This document shows positions 27,718 to 36,389 of a DNA stretch of 64,000 bases, one piece after another. The translations under genes were made by a program, and so were the position numbers. This DNA comes from Candidatus Sulfotelmatobacter sp. Its GTDB lineage: Bacteria > Acidobacteriota > Terriglobia > Terriglobales > Acidobacteriaceae. Each line of letters opens with the position of its first letter. The stretch's first letter is position 1. The stretch lies in contig DASYZZ010000019.1 in assembly GCA_035945695.1 (NCBI GenBank), forward strand, positions 23,813 through 87,812, read 5' to 3'. The notes under the pieces were generated by a model. It saw nothing but the letters and a program-made list of their open reading frames with translations, searched no databases and was not told where the DNA came from.

Positions 27718-28067
27718 TGGCTGACGACGGCGCCAATGCGTCGGTGAACGCGATGGACTCTTCTCCGGCCGAAACATTCAAGGCCAGCCGGTGGACGCAG
27801 GGGAATTTTTTCTTTCCGACGAAGCTGGTGGTGAGTCCGCAGAGGGTGATCCGGACGAAGTCGCGGATTTTTGGCAGCAATGAGGAAAGCATTCCGATCT
27901 CGAAGGTCGCTTCGGTGCATATTTCGACGGGAGTGTTCTGGTCGGAGATCGTGATTGAGTCGACCGGGGGATCGGACCCGATTACCAGCCATGGGCATCG
28001 GAAGGCGGATGCGCAACGCATTCGCGATTTGATTGAGAGTTATCAGTCGGGGGGGCGGAGTTCGTAA
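27714..28067 (+). CDS. Bacterial PH-domain-like protein
   Basis: 4-nt ATGA-type overlap with the previous gene. TKLVVSPQRVIRTKSRIFGSNEESIPISKVASVHISTGVFWSEIVIES resembles bPH/YdbT-type domains. Confidence 0.55.
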   Translation: MMADDGANASVNAMDSSPAETFKASRWTQGNFFFPTKLVVSPQRVIRTKSRIFGSNEESIPISKVASVHISTGVFWSEIVIESTGGSDPITSHGHRKADAQRIRDLIESYQSGGRSS

Positions 28068-28082
28068 GTGAGTTCCGGTTCC

Positions 28083-28153
28083 CTCAGGGGCTGAAGCCCC
28101 GCATCTTTGGTGGGGCTTGGCGGCACGGCTTGAAGCCGTGCCCTTCCCGAAAC
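28083..28153. repeat. REP-like double-hairpin element, copy 1
   Basis: GGGGCT-GA-AGCCCC (28087-28100) and GGCACGGCT-TGA-AGCCGTGCC (28122-28142), followed by CTTCCCGAAA. Near-identical to 40781-40853. Confidence 0.8.
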
Positions 28154-28310
28154 CTTCCGCGAACGGCCTCCGCGAAACCTTCCCCGAAAGATCTTCACGA
28201 AACGGGTTGTGGGAGGCCCCTTGGCGAGGATCATCCAGGTGGAAATCAGGTGTTCACGCGTGCATTGCGTGGCCGTTCCGGCTGTGATAGCCTCTTGTTG
28301 AGAGGCCACT

Positions 28311-29123
28311 TTGCAGGACAAAGTACCCACGGGGCTCGACCGTAAGGAAGCGGAAGTTTACCGGCACCTGGATCCGCAGCGGCTCCCAAAACACATCGCA
28401 ATCATTATGGACGGCAACGGGCGCTGGGCCAAGCGGCGCCACATGCCACGTGTCGCCGGGCACCGGGCCGGAGTTACGGCGGTGCGCTCGACGGTGGAGA
28501 CGGCGGCGCGCATTCACATTCCGGCGCTGACGCTGTATGCGTTTTCGGAGGAGAACTGGAAGAAGCGTCCGGCGAGCGAAGTGTCGTTTCTGATGGGGCT
28601 GCTGGCGCGGTATCTGAAGGCCGAAGTGCCGACGCTGAACAAAAATAATATCCGGCTGGAATACATTGGGCGGCAGCACGAATTGCCGGGGGACGTGCAG
28701 GAACGCATGTCGTGGGCGCGCGAGGCTACGGCGCGAAATACTGGGATGGTGCTGACGCTGGCGCTGAACTACAGCGCGCGTAGCGAACTGGTGGATGCGT
28801 TCCGGTCGATGGTAACGGCGTCATCGCAGAACGGCGGGATCGATCATCTGCGGATCGATGAGGACGTGGTTTCGCAGCATCTGTACACGCGGCATCTGCC
28901 GGATCCGGATCTGGTGGTGCGGACTTCGGGCGAGATGCGGCTTAGCAATTTCCTGTTGTGGCAACTGGCGTATGCGGAGATTTATGTGACTTCAACGCTG
29001 TGGCCGGATTTTCGGGGAGTGCATCTGCTGGAAGGGATCGCGGAATATCAGAAGCGGGAGCGGCGGTATGGCGGATTGAATCATCACGACGCGCACTTGA
29101 CGGCCGACATCGTTAAAATCTAA
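28311..29123 (+). CDS. uppS: Undecaprenyl-diphosphate synthase (isoprenyl transferase)
   Basis: HIAIIMDGNGRWAKRR, TLYAFSEENWKR, IRTSGEMRLSNFLLWQLAYAE. TTG start in the track. Confidence 0.9.
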   Translation: MQDKVPTGLDRKEAEVYRHLDPQRLPKHIAIIMDGNGRWAKRRHMPRVAGHRAGVTAVRSTVETAARIHIPALTLYAFSEENWKKRPASEVSFLMGLLARYLKAEVPTLNKNNIRLEYIGRQHELPGDVQERMSWAREATARNTGMVLTLALNYSARSELVDAFRSMVTASSQNGGIDHLRIDEDVVSQHLYTRHLPDPDLVVRTSGEMRLSNFLLWQLAYAEIYVTSTLWPDFRGVHLLEGIAEYQKRERRYGGLNHHDAHLTADIVKI

Positions 29124-29228
29124 CCCTAAAAAAAATCTAACCACGAAGGACACTAAGGTACACGAAGGAAAAACATCTTCCTGCCCTGCCCTCGCTATAA
29201 TTAGCATTTCATCAGCAAAATACCTTCC

Positions 29229-30125
29229 TTGCTCAAACGCATTGCTACCGCAGTCGTATTGATTCCGATTGTGCTGGTGCTGACTCTTCGGGCGCCGGTT
29301 TCGGTTCTCGCGATTGTTGTGGGATTCGTGGCGCTGTTGACGGTTCACGAATTCCTGAAGCTGACGGAAGCTTACGGCGTCCGTCCGCTGCGGCTGCTCA
29401 CATATATTTTCTGCGCTCTTTTCTTTCTGCTGCTGGCGCTGAATTTCGGGAATGACAAGCCGCTGCTTTCGACGGCGATCTTTGTGTACGCGCTGGGATT
29501 TTCGGCGGCGATTGCACCGTTTATTTTCCTGACGCGGGCGATGAAGAATGAGGCGCTGAGCACGGGGTATCCGGCGGCGGCGGCTTCGGTGTTTGCGTTT
29601 ACGTACATCGCGCTGCCCATGGGGATGCTGGTGCAGTTGCGGCAGCAGTGGGCAGGGGCGTTTTACCTGCTGTATCTGCTGCTGGTGGTGTGGGCGGGAG
29701 ATATCTTCGCTTATTTTGTGGGCAAGTCGGTGGGGCGGCACTTGATGGCTCCGAGAATCAGTCCGAAGAAGACGTGGGAAGGCGCGGCGGCTTCGCTCGG
29801 GGCGAGCGTCGCGGTGGGATGGGCGATGTTTCATTATGCCCTGCCGGTGAGCTCGGCGCTGCTGCGGGCGGGGCTGATCGAGCGGCGGGACGGGCTGTTC
29901 GGGCTGGAGCAGCCGGCGATGGCTCCGGTGATCGTGCTGACGATTGTGCTGAATGTGGCGGCGCAGCTGGGGGATCTGGTCGAGTCGCTGATCAAGCGCG
30001 GGGCGGGAGTGAAGGATTCGGGAGCGATCCTGCCGGGGCATGGCGGGATGCTGGACCGGATTGATGCGCTGCTGTTTGCGGCGCCGGTGCTGTGGTATTA
30101 CGCGGCCTGGAGAGTGATGCAGTAG
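29229..30125 (+). CDS. cdsA: Phosphatidate cytidylyltransferase (CDP-diglyceride synthase)
   Basis: Polytopic. SLIKRGAGVKDSGAILPGHGGMLDRIDALLFAAP is the CdsA signature. TTG start. Confidence 0.9.
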   Translation: MLKRIATAVVLIPIVLVLTLRAPVSVLAIVVGFVALLTVHEFLKLTEAYGVRPLRLLTYIFCALFFLLLALNFGNDKPLLSTAIFVYALGFSAAIAPFIFLTRAMKNEALSTGYPAAAASVFAFTYIALPMGMLVQLRQQWAGAFYLLYLLLVVWAGDIFAYFVGKSVGRHLMAPRISPKKTWEGAAASLGASVAVGWAMFHYALPVSSALLRAGLIERRDGLFGLEQPAMAPVIVLTIVLNVAAQLGDLVESLIKRGAGVKDSGAILPGHGGMLDRIDALLFAAPVLWYYAAWRVMQ

Positions 30126-30135
30126 AGATCAGAAA

Positions 30136-30387
30136 ATGTCCGATTCGAAGAAGTTCCCTCCTCTCAAACCACTCCATTCCGATGAATCTCTGAAGCCGCT
30201 GAAGCTGGCTAAATTCGAAACGCTTACCACGGAAGTTCTAATCGCTTCTTTGGCGGAGGAGGAAGGAAAACTGAAATGCCGACCGGATGGAACTATACTG
30301 GATGGACATCACCGGATTTACATCCTCCGACGAAGAGGAGTTGATGTCGATAATCTCCCGCGGGATATCATAAAGAAGGACGAGTAG
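30136..30387 (+). CDS. Small ParB-N/sulfiredoxin-fold-like protein
   Basis: 83 aa containing TILDGHHRIYILRR (the DGHHR motif of ParB N-terminal domains). One 60-nt line counted 28 G+C versus 38 in the adjacent cdsA. Confidence 0.5.
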   Translation: MSDSKKFPPLKPLHSDESLKPLKLAKFETLTTEVLIASLAEEEGKLKCRPDGTILDGHHRIYILRRRGVDVDNLPRDIIKKDE

Positions 30388-30395
30388 CGAAGATT

Positions 30396-30893
30396 ATGCG
30401 AACGGATCTGTATTGGGTAGATGGTCCTTGGCCGGGAAAGGTCGCACTCTCCGCTCGTCCTCGAGGGGACGATTGGTTACCCGATGAAATCGCTGGTTGG
30501 AAATTGGCGGGAGTCGCATCCGTGCTTTCGCTATTAACGCCTGAGGAGGTAAGGGACCTTGGCTTAAGTAAGGAAGCGGCGGAATCGCGCGACCAGGGAC
30601 TGGCGTTTCATTCCTTCCCGATCCCAGATCGTCAGGTGCCGGCATCAGAAGCGAAGCTTAATGAGGTCCTGACCGCGGTAGTGGCTACATTGAAGTCCGG
30701 GAAGAATCTCCTGATTCATTGCAGGCAAGGAATCGGGCGAACAGGATTAGTTGCCGCATGTCTGCTGGTACGAGGCGGAATGACGCCGAGCGCGGCCGTC
30801 GATGTGGTTTCAGCGGCGCGAGGAATTGCAGTTCCGGAGACCACGGAACAGCGAGATTGGATCGAGCGATACGCTCCGGTGGTGATGAAGTAG
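30396..30893 (+). CDS. Cys-based dual-specificity-type phosphatase
   Basis: Active-site loop LLIHCRQGIGRTGLVAACLLV (HCxxGxxR[ST]). An upstream FPIPD could carry the general-acid Asp. 165 aa. Confidence 0.75.
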   Translation: MRTDLYWVDGPWPGKVALSARPRGDDWLPDEIAGWKLAGVASVLSLLTPEEVRDLGLSKEAAESRDQGLAFHSFPIPDRQVPASEAKLNEVLTAVVATLKSGKNLLIHCRQGIGRTGLVAACLLVRGGMTPSAAVDVVSAARGIAVPETTEQRDWIERYAPVVMK

Positions 30894-30915
30894 CTCCACC
30901 CACGTCAGTGAAACT

Positions 30916-32100
30916 ATGAAACGAATTGCCATCCTGGGGTCGACGGGTTCGATCGGGCGGAGTACTTTGCGCGTGGCCGAGTCGTATCCGGAGCGGTTTG
31001 AGATTGCGACCCTTGCTGCTGGGAGCAATCTTGACGCGGCTTTCGAGCAGGCTCGGCGCTGGAAGCCTCGGGTGATTTCGATGGCGGCGGAGAAAGACGC
31101 CGAGATGTTGCTGGCCCGGCTGAAGAAGGAAGGGCTGCGCGGTATTGAGGTTGTGCATGGGGCTGCTGGCACGGTGCGCGTTTCGACGCATCCTGATGTT
31201 GATTTTGTCGTGAGTGCGATCGTTGGCGTGGCCGGGCTCGAGGCTACCTATGAAGCGGTACGCGCGGGGAAAACTCTGGGGCTGGCGAATAAGGAATGCC
31301 TCGTCGCTGCCGGGGAGTTGATCACGGCTGAAGCATGGAAGCGCGGGGTTGCGCTGTTGCCGATTGATAGCGAGCATAACGCGGTGCATCAGTGCATGCG
31401 CGGCGGACGGATGGAGGAAGTGGAGCGCGTGTGGCTTACGGCTTCCGGCGGGCCTTTCCGGAATACTCCGCAGTCGGAGTTTGCATCGATCACGGTGGAG
31501 CAGGCGTTGAACCATCCCACGTGGAAGATGGGGAAGCGGATCACGATCGATTCGGCCACGTTGATGAATAAGGGCTTTGAGGTGATCGAGGCGTGCAGGC
31601 TGTTTCACATGCCGGCGAAGAAAGTGGAAGTTATTGTCCATCCGCAGTCGACAATTCATTCCATGGTGGAGTTTGTGGATGGCAGCATACTTGCTCAGTT
31701 TTCAGCGACGGATATGCGGCTGCCGATACTTTACGCGCTAACATATCCTGAGCGGATTGAATCGGATATGCGCTTCGGGGTCAGTGACTTGCGTCATCTG
31801 GACTTCAGCCCTCCGGACCTGAAAAAATTTCCCTGCTTGCGCCTGGCCTATGAGGCTGCGGAGGCGGGCGGCGCCAAAACGGTGGCGCTGAATGCCGCCG
31901 ACGAGGTTGCAGTGGCGGCGTTCCTGGAAGGCATCATACGGTTTGACCAAATTCCCAGGGTTATCGAAGATGTGCTGGCGGCGACGGATTCTACAGGCCT
32001 TACCTCCATCCAGAAGGTGCTGGAATCCGATGCGGAAGCCCGGCAGATCGCCCGGGAACGGGTTTCGGCGGTAAAGCACACGGCAACATCGTTCGCGTAA
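30916..32100 (+). CDS. dxr: 1-deoxy-D-xylulose-5-phosphate reductoisomerase
   Basis: MKRIAILGSTGSIGRSTL, LANKECLV, PIDSEHNAVHQC, HPTWKMGKRITIDSATLMNKGFEVIEA. Confidence 0.95.
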   Translation: MKRIAILGSTGSIGRSTLRVAESYPERFEIATLAAGSNLDAAFEQARRWKPRVISMAAEKDAEMLLARLKKEGLRGIEVVHGAAGTVRVSTHPDVDFVVSAIVGVAGLEATYEAVRAGKTLGLANKECLVAAGELITAEAWKRGVALLPIDSEHNAVHQCMRGGRMEEVERVWLTASGGPFRNTPQSEFASITVEQALNHPTWKMGKRITIDSATLMNKGFEVIEACRLFHMPAKKVEVIVHPQSTIHSMVEFVDGSILAQFSATDMRLPILYALTYPERIESDMRFGVSDLRHLDFSPPDLKKFPCLRLAYEAAEAGGAKTVALNAADEVAVAAFLEGIIRFDQIPRVIEDVLAATDSTGLTSIQKVLESDAEARQIARERVSAVKHTATSFA

Positions 32101-32139
32101 TTTCTGAATCTAATCAGTGGGAGTGTACGTACCTCGAAT

Positions 32140-33468
32140 ATGTCTGATTTTCTGACCTCGCTCGTTGCCGTAGTCGGCGTTCTTGGCTTCATGATCCTGA
32201 TTCACGAGTTTGGCCACTACGCTGTGGCCAAGCTGCTTGGAGTCCGAGTGGAGCAGTTTGCGATCGGATTCGGCACGCGGCTCGTGGGATTCCGCAAGGG
32301 GGAGACGGACTACCGGATCAATGCGATCCCGCTCGGCGGCTACGTCAAGATGAGCGGCGAGAACCCGATGGATCAGCGGACGGACGATCCGCGCGAGTTC
32401 CTGAATCATTCCCGCTGGCACCGGTTCCTGATCGCGATTGCCGGGCCGTTCATGAATATCCTGCTGGCGATCGTGCTTCTGACGACCGTGTACATGGTGC
32501 ACTACGAATATCCCGCGGTGTATGACGAGCCGCCGGTGATTGGGTGGGTCATCGCGGATTCTCCGGCTGCGAAAGCAGGATTTGAAGCAGGCGACCGCAT
32601 TACGCGCATCGGCGACGTGGAGAATCCCACTTGGGAGCAGGTGGATTTGAAACAGGCACTGAGCCCAAGACAGCCATTGGATGTGCAGATCGAGCGAAAT
32701 GGCAAGATTCTGGACAAGACCGTGGTTCCCGAGGCTTCGGGCGTCGATGAGATCGGGTTTGCCGGCTGGGCTCCGAAAGAACAGAGTGTGGTCATCACCG
32801 ATCTGGTCGATGGCATGCCTGCGCAGAAAGCCGGATTGAAAGAAGGCGACAAGATTCTGACCATGGATGGCAAGCCCGTGCCGGCGCTCGCCGCCATGAT
32901 CGAGATGCTGAGGGTCACCAAGGACCAGCCACTCACGCTGACGGTCCTGCGTGACGGGCAGACGAAGACTTTCACGGTCCAGCCGGTGCTGTATGACAAG
33001 TCGTACCGCATCGGAATCGGCAGCATGGAGATGAAGGTCAAAACGCTGCCCTTCTCGGCCGCGTTGAGCAAATCGCTGCATGAGAACCGGCAGGACACGA
33101 TGCTGATTCTGGAATTGGTCAAGAAGATGGCTGAGCGCAAGATGTCGATGCGCTCGGTCGAAGGACCGATCCGGATTGGCCAGGCCGCGGGAGAAGCGGC
33201 GCGGCGCAAAGGCTGGACTCCGCTGATGAGCTTGACCGCGGCCATCAGCTTGAATCTGGGCATCTTCAACCTGTTGCCCATCCCGATTCTCGATGGCGGA
33301 GTGATTCTGTTTCTGCTAATCGAAGGATTGATGCGGCGGGATATCAGCCTGAACATTAAAGAACGCGTGTATCAGGCGGCGTTCGTGTTCCTGGTGCTGT
33401 TTGCGGTGATGGTCATCTACAACGATCTGATGAAGACCATTCCGGGGCTGGCGGATAAGCTGCCATAA
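32140..33468 (+). CDS. rseP: RIP site-2 metalloprotease
   Basis: HEFGHYAVAK (HExxH), PDZ-like middle region, and the C-terminal NLLPIPILDGG motif. Confidence 0.9.
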   Translation: MSDFLTSLVAVVGVLGFMILIHEFGHYAVAKLLGVRVEQFAIGFGTRLVGFRKGETDYRINAIPLGGYVKMSGENPMDQRTDDPREFLNHSRWHRFLIAIAGPFMNILLAIVLLTTVYMVHYEYPAVYDEPPVIGWVIADSPAAKAGFEAGDRITRIGDVENPTWEQVDLKQALSPRQPLDVQIERNGKILDKTVVPEASGVDEIGFAGWAPKEQSVVITDLVDGMPAQKAGLKEGDKILTMDGKPVPALAAMIEMLRVTKDQPLTLTVLRDGQTKTFTVQPVLYDKSYRIGIGSMEMKVKTLPFSAALSKSLHENRQDTMLILELVKKMAERKMSMRSVEGPIRIGQAAGEAARRKGWTPLMSLTAAISLNLGIFNLLPIPILDGGVILFLLIEGLMRRDISLNIKERVYQAAFVFLVLFAVMVIYNDLMKTIPGLADKLP

Positions 33469-33490
33469 CCCTATCCCTTTTGTTTTTTTC

Positions 33491-33517
33491 TCAGGCGACC
33501 GGCATACCGTCGCCTGA
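33491..33517 (+). terminator. Probable intrinsic terminator after rseP
   Basis: TCAGGCGAC (33491-99) / GTCGCCTGA (33509-17), a perfect 9-bp stem with a 9-nt loop, followed by the T-rich AGTCGTTTTGCAGGTTTT. Confidence 0.55.
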
Positions 33518-33626
33518 AGTCGTTTTGCAGGTTTTGATGAAAATATCGGAAAAATCAGCACTTGCGTACGGTTCACGATCACTCCGCGGCAGACGTAATA
33601 GCTGAATTTGGGCTTGCCAGTTTTGT

Positions 33627-33875
33627 ATGGTGGCGAGAGAATTGCATTGGGTTCGAACAAATCGAATGAAAGAGAAAATTGATTGGGTGGCTCTTGAGCG
33701 CGTCCGGGGAGGGACGAAAATCCTCCATGCCCTGCAACTAGCACTGAACGGAAAGTCGATGCGCGAAATTGAGCAGGAGTCTCAGGTTCCCTATTCTTCC
33801 TTGGACTCAATTAAGCTTCACGGCCCCTACGAGCACAGGAATCACGCCAAGGCCTCAGTTGAGTCGGAGAAATAG
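33627..33875 (+). CDS. Small HTH-like hypothetical protein (weak)
   Basis: LQLALNGKSMREIEQESQVPYSSLDSI looks like a helix-turn-helix. Lies in the AT-richer insert between rseP and ispG. The start is uncertain. Confidence 0.3.
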   Translation: MVARELHWVRTNRMKEKIDWVALERVRGGTKILHALQLALNGKSMREIEQESQVPYSSLDSIKLHGPYEHRNHAKASVESEK

Positions 33876-34258
33876 AGACTCCTGAGTGCAAGCCGGGCCA
33901 ATCCGTTGCTCTCATTCGCACTGGCATCGGAGCGTTTCGAGTGTTTGGGGCGACGGACAACAACCGAAACTCGTTCTGCTTTTCCCGGCTAGATAAGCGC
34001 AATGCGGAAACGATCTCATATGTTAGTGAATGAGTTTACCGAACGCCTCCCGAAGAGAACTGCGGTCTTCTTATCGGCATGGGGTCTGTGAGTTTTGACC
34101 TTGCCTTTCCGGCGAAGGCAAGCCAAAATGATGATTGGAGGTCAGCACTTCGGCTTGCCGAATTGTTGGTCTAAGGGCCGTTAGAGATTCCAGTCTCTAT
34201 CGGCTCTCGCTATTTGTAATTGTCATTAAGGCGGTTCCATCTGGCCCCCCTTCTTTCG

Positions 34259-34708
34259 TTATCGCTTCAGCGAAACAAACTTGTTCCGATTCCGAGTCTT
34301 GGTATCAAAGACATCCTTGTGCGATGCAAGGGCGGATTCTATTGCCTGTCTGGACGCCTTCTTTTTGAAATATTCGAGAGCATCTTGGAGGTCGGACACC
34401 TGAATCTCCCCCATCTGCTCAACAATGGCTCGCATCAGCATCCAAAGAGGAAGATTCTCGGTATCAAAGAAAATCCCTTTAGCATCTCCTCTGCTAGACG
34501 GTTCTCTTTCTTTGAACTTGTCCTCGCCGAGCACGACGATAATGCTTGCCGCTCGGTCGCGCCTGACCTTAGCTTCCCGCTCCAAGTCTTGGTAACGAAG
34601 AACCGCACCACGGAGTTTGTCTTGCTCCGCATAGTTCTTTTCCAAGTAGTCGTAGTCCATGTCGTATTGCTGGTTCAGTCGCGCTTTCAAGTTTGCGAAG
34701 CTAATCAC
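34259..34708 (-). CDS. Hypothetical protein (149 aa)
   Basis: Charged, helical. No motif recognised. The only convincing ORF in the insert. One 60-nt line counted 28 G+C. Confidence 0.5.
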   Translation of the reverse strand: MISFANLKARLNQQYDMDYDYLEKNYAEQDKLRGAVLRYQDLEREAKVRRDRAASIIVVLGEDKFKEREPSSRGDAKGIFFDTENLPLWMLMRAIVEQMGEIQVSDLQDALEYFKKKASRQAIESALASHKDVFDTKTRNRNKFVSLKR

Positions 34709-34925
34709 ATCTTCTACACTACACTTAGACGCAACTCGTGTAAAGAGTTTTGTTGATTCCGTGTTTAGTCAATCAACATTCATTTCGTTTGTTCTCCCCC
34801 CGATTTCTTTAGCTACAGTCTTTCCTCCCGATCGTCAGGGAGGAGTTGCGGATTTAAACTCAGCCGCGACCGAAGTATTGACGCGGGAAAGCAAGTGATT
34901 CAGCGTGATAAACTGGAAGTTCCCT

Positions 34926-36167
34926 ATGGCTACGATTCAACGCAGGAAGACTGTTACCGCCGTGGTCGGAGGCGTGCGGGTGGGGTCGGATGCACCAGTT
35001 GTGGTGCAATCCATGACCAATACCGACACGGCGGATGTTGCGGCGACGGTGCAGCAGGTGGCCGCTCTGGCCCGAGCCGGATCGGAACTGGTCCGCGTGA
35101 CCGTGAACAATGATGAGGCCGCTGCGGCCGTGCCGAGGATCGTCGAGCAGCTCGACAAGCAGGGCGTGCGGGTGCCGATCATTGGGGATTTTCACTACAA
35201 CGGGCACATCCTGCTGACGAAGTATCCGGAGTGCGCGCGCGATCTGGCGAAGTACAGGATTAATCCCGGGAATGCGAGCATCGGGCGCGGCGGAGATTCG
35301 AATTTCCGCACCATGATTGAAGTTGCGGTAAAGCATCAGAAGCCGGTGCGGATTGGCGTGAATTGGGGGTCTCTCGATTCGGCGCTGCTGACGCGGATGA
35401 TGGACGAGAATTCCAAGCTGGCGGAGCCGAAAGACGCGCGCGAAGTGACGATGGAAGCCATGGTCGTCAGCGCGCTGAATTCGGCGGACCTGGCGCAAAA
35501 GTTCGGATTGCGGGCGGACCAGATCATCCTGAGCGCGAAAGTCAGCGGAGTGCAGGACCTGATCGACGTGTACCGCGCACTGGCAGCGCGGTGTGAGTAT
35601 CCGCTGCATCTTGGGCTGACCGAGGCGGGAATGGGTGCCAAGGGGGTTGTGGCCTCGAGCGCGGCGATGGGCGTGGTCTTGCAGGAAGGGATTGGGGATA
35701 CGATCCGCGTGTCGCTGACCCCGGCACCCGGCGGAGATCGTACGGAAGAAGTCCGCGTCGCGCAGCAGATCCTGCAATCGATGGGCATTCGCAGCTTCAC
35801 TCCGCAGGTCACCGCGTGTCCGGGCTGCGGACGCACCACCAGCACGTTCTTCCAGGAGATGGCCGAACAGATTCAGTCGTATCTGCGCGAGCAGATGCCC
35901 GCTTGGAAGGGACGTTACCTCGGCGTCGAAGAGATGAAGCTGGCGGTGATGGGATGCGTGGTCAACGGTCCCGGCGAATCAAAGCACGCCAATATCGGCA
36001 TTTCCCTGCCCGGAACGTTCGAGGAGCCGAAGGCTCCGGTGTATGTTGACGGGCGGCTGTTCACTACTCTAAAGGGCGACCACATTGTCGAGGAGTTCAT
36101 TCGGATTCTCGACGAGTATGTGGACTCGCACTACGCGGCGCGGGAAGAGGTTCCGGTTAAAGCGTAA
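34926..36167 (+). CDS. ispG: 4-hydroxy-3-methylbut-2-en-1-yl diphosphate synthase
   Basis: [60 protein letters not shown] prefer ATG 34926 over the track GTG 34905. Confidence 0.93.
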   Translation: MATIQRRKTVTAVVGGVRVGSDAPVVVQSMTNTDTADVAATVQQVAALARAGSELVRVTVNNDEAAAAVPRIVEQLDKQGVRVPIIGDFHYNGHILLTKYPECARDLAKYRINPGNASIGRGGDSNFRTMIEVAVKHQKPVRIGVNWGSLDSALLTRMMDENSKLAEPKDAREVTMEAMVVSALNSADLAQKFGLRADQIILSAKVSGVQDLIDVYRALAARCEYPLHLGLTEAGMGAKGVVASSAAMGVVLQEGIGDTIRVSLTPAPGGDRTEEVRVAQQILQSMGIRSFTPQVTACPGCGRTTSTFFQEMAEQIQSYLREQMPAWKGRYLGVEEMKLAVMGCVVNGPGESKHANIGISLPGTFEEPKAPVYVDGRLFTTLKGDHIVEEFIRILDEYVDSHYAAREEVPVKA

Positions 36168-36246
36168 GAGCGGCTGGAGCGAAACATCCGCAAAGAGCGT
36201 TTCATAAAGATACTCCCCGCCTAATGACAATCGAACCCCAGGGACT

Positions 36247-36307
36247 AAAGGCCGCATCATGTGCGGATTCTAGCGGCATGGCTGGAAGCCGTGCGCTTCC
36301 CAAAACC
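36247..36307. repeat. REP-like element, degenerate copy
   Basis: CCGCA-TCATG-TGCGG, then GGCATGGCT-GGA-AGCCGTGC, followed by GCTTCCCAAAAC. Same architecture as 28083 and 40781, with substitutions. Confidence 0.55.
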
Positions 36308-36389
36308 CCGTGTCCTTCCCAAGCCCCTGTCCCGAACAATGATTCTCTTCCCGCGAAACAGCCAGTCGCGGAGGACAGGCCATCGCGCT

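Noticed and set aside
33640-33660. GGGTTCGAAC string resembling a tRNA T-arm. More generally, I looked for tRNA or tmRNA genes at the borders of the AT-richer inserts.
   Set aside because: There is no complementary 3-prime half to close a T-stem, and no acceptor or anticodon arms around it. I found no tRNA-like structure in any intergenic region I read.
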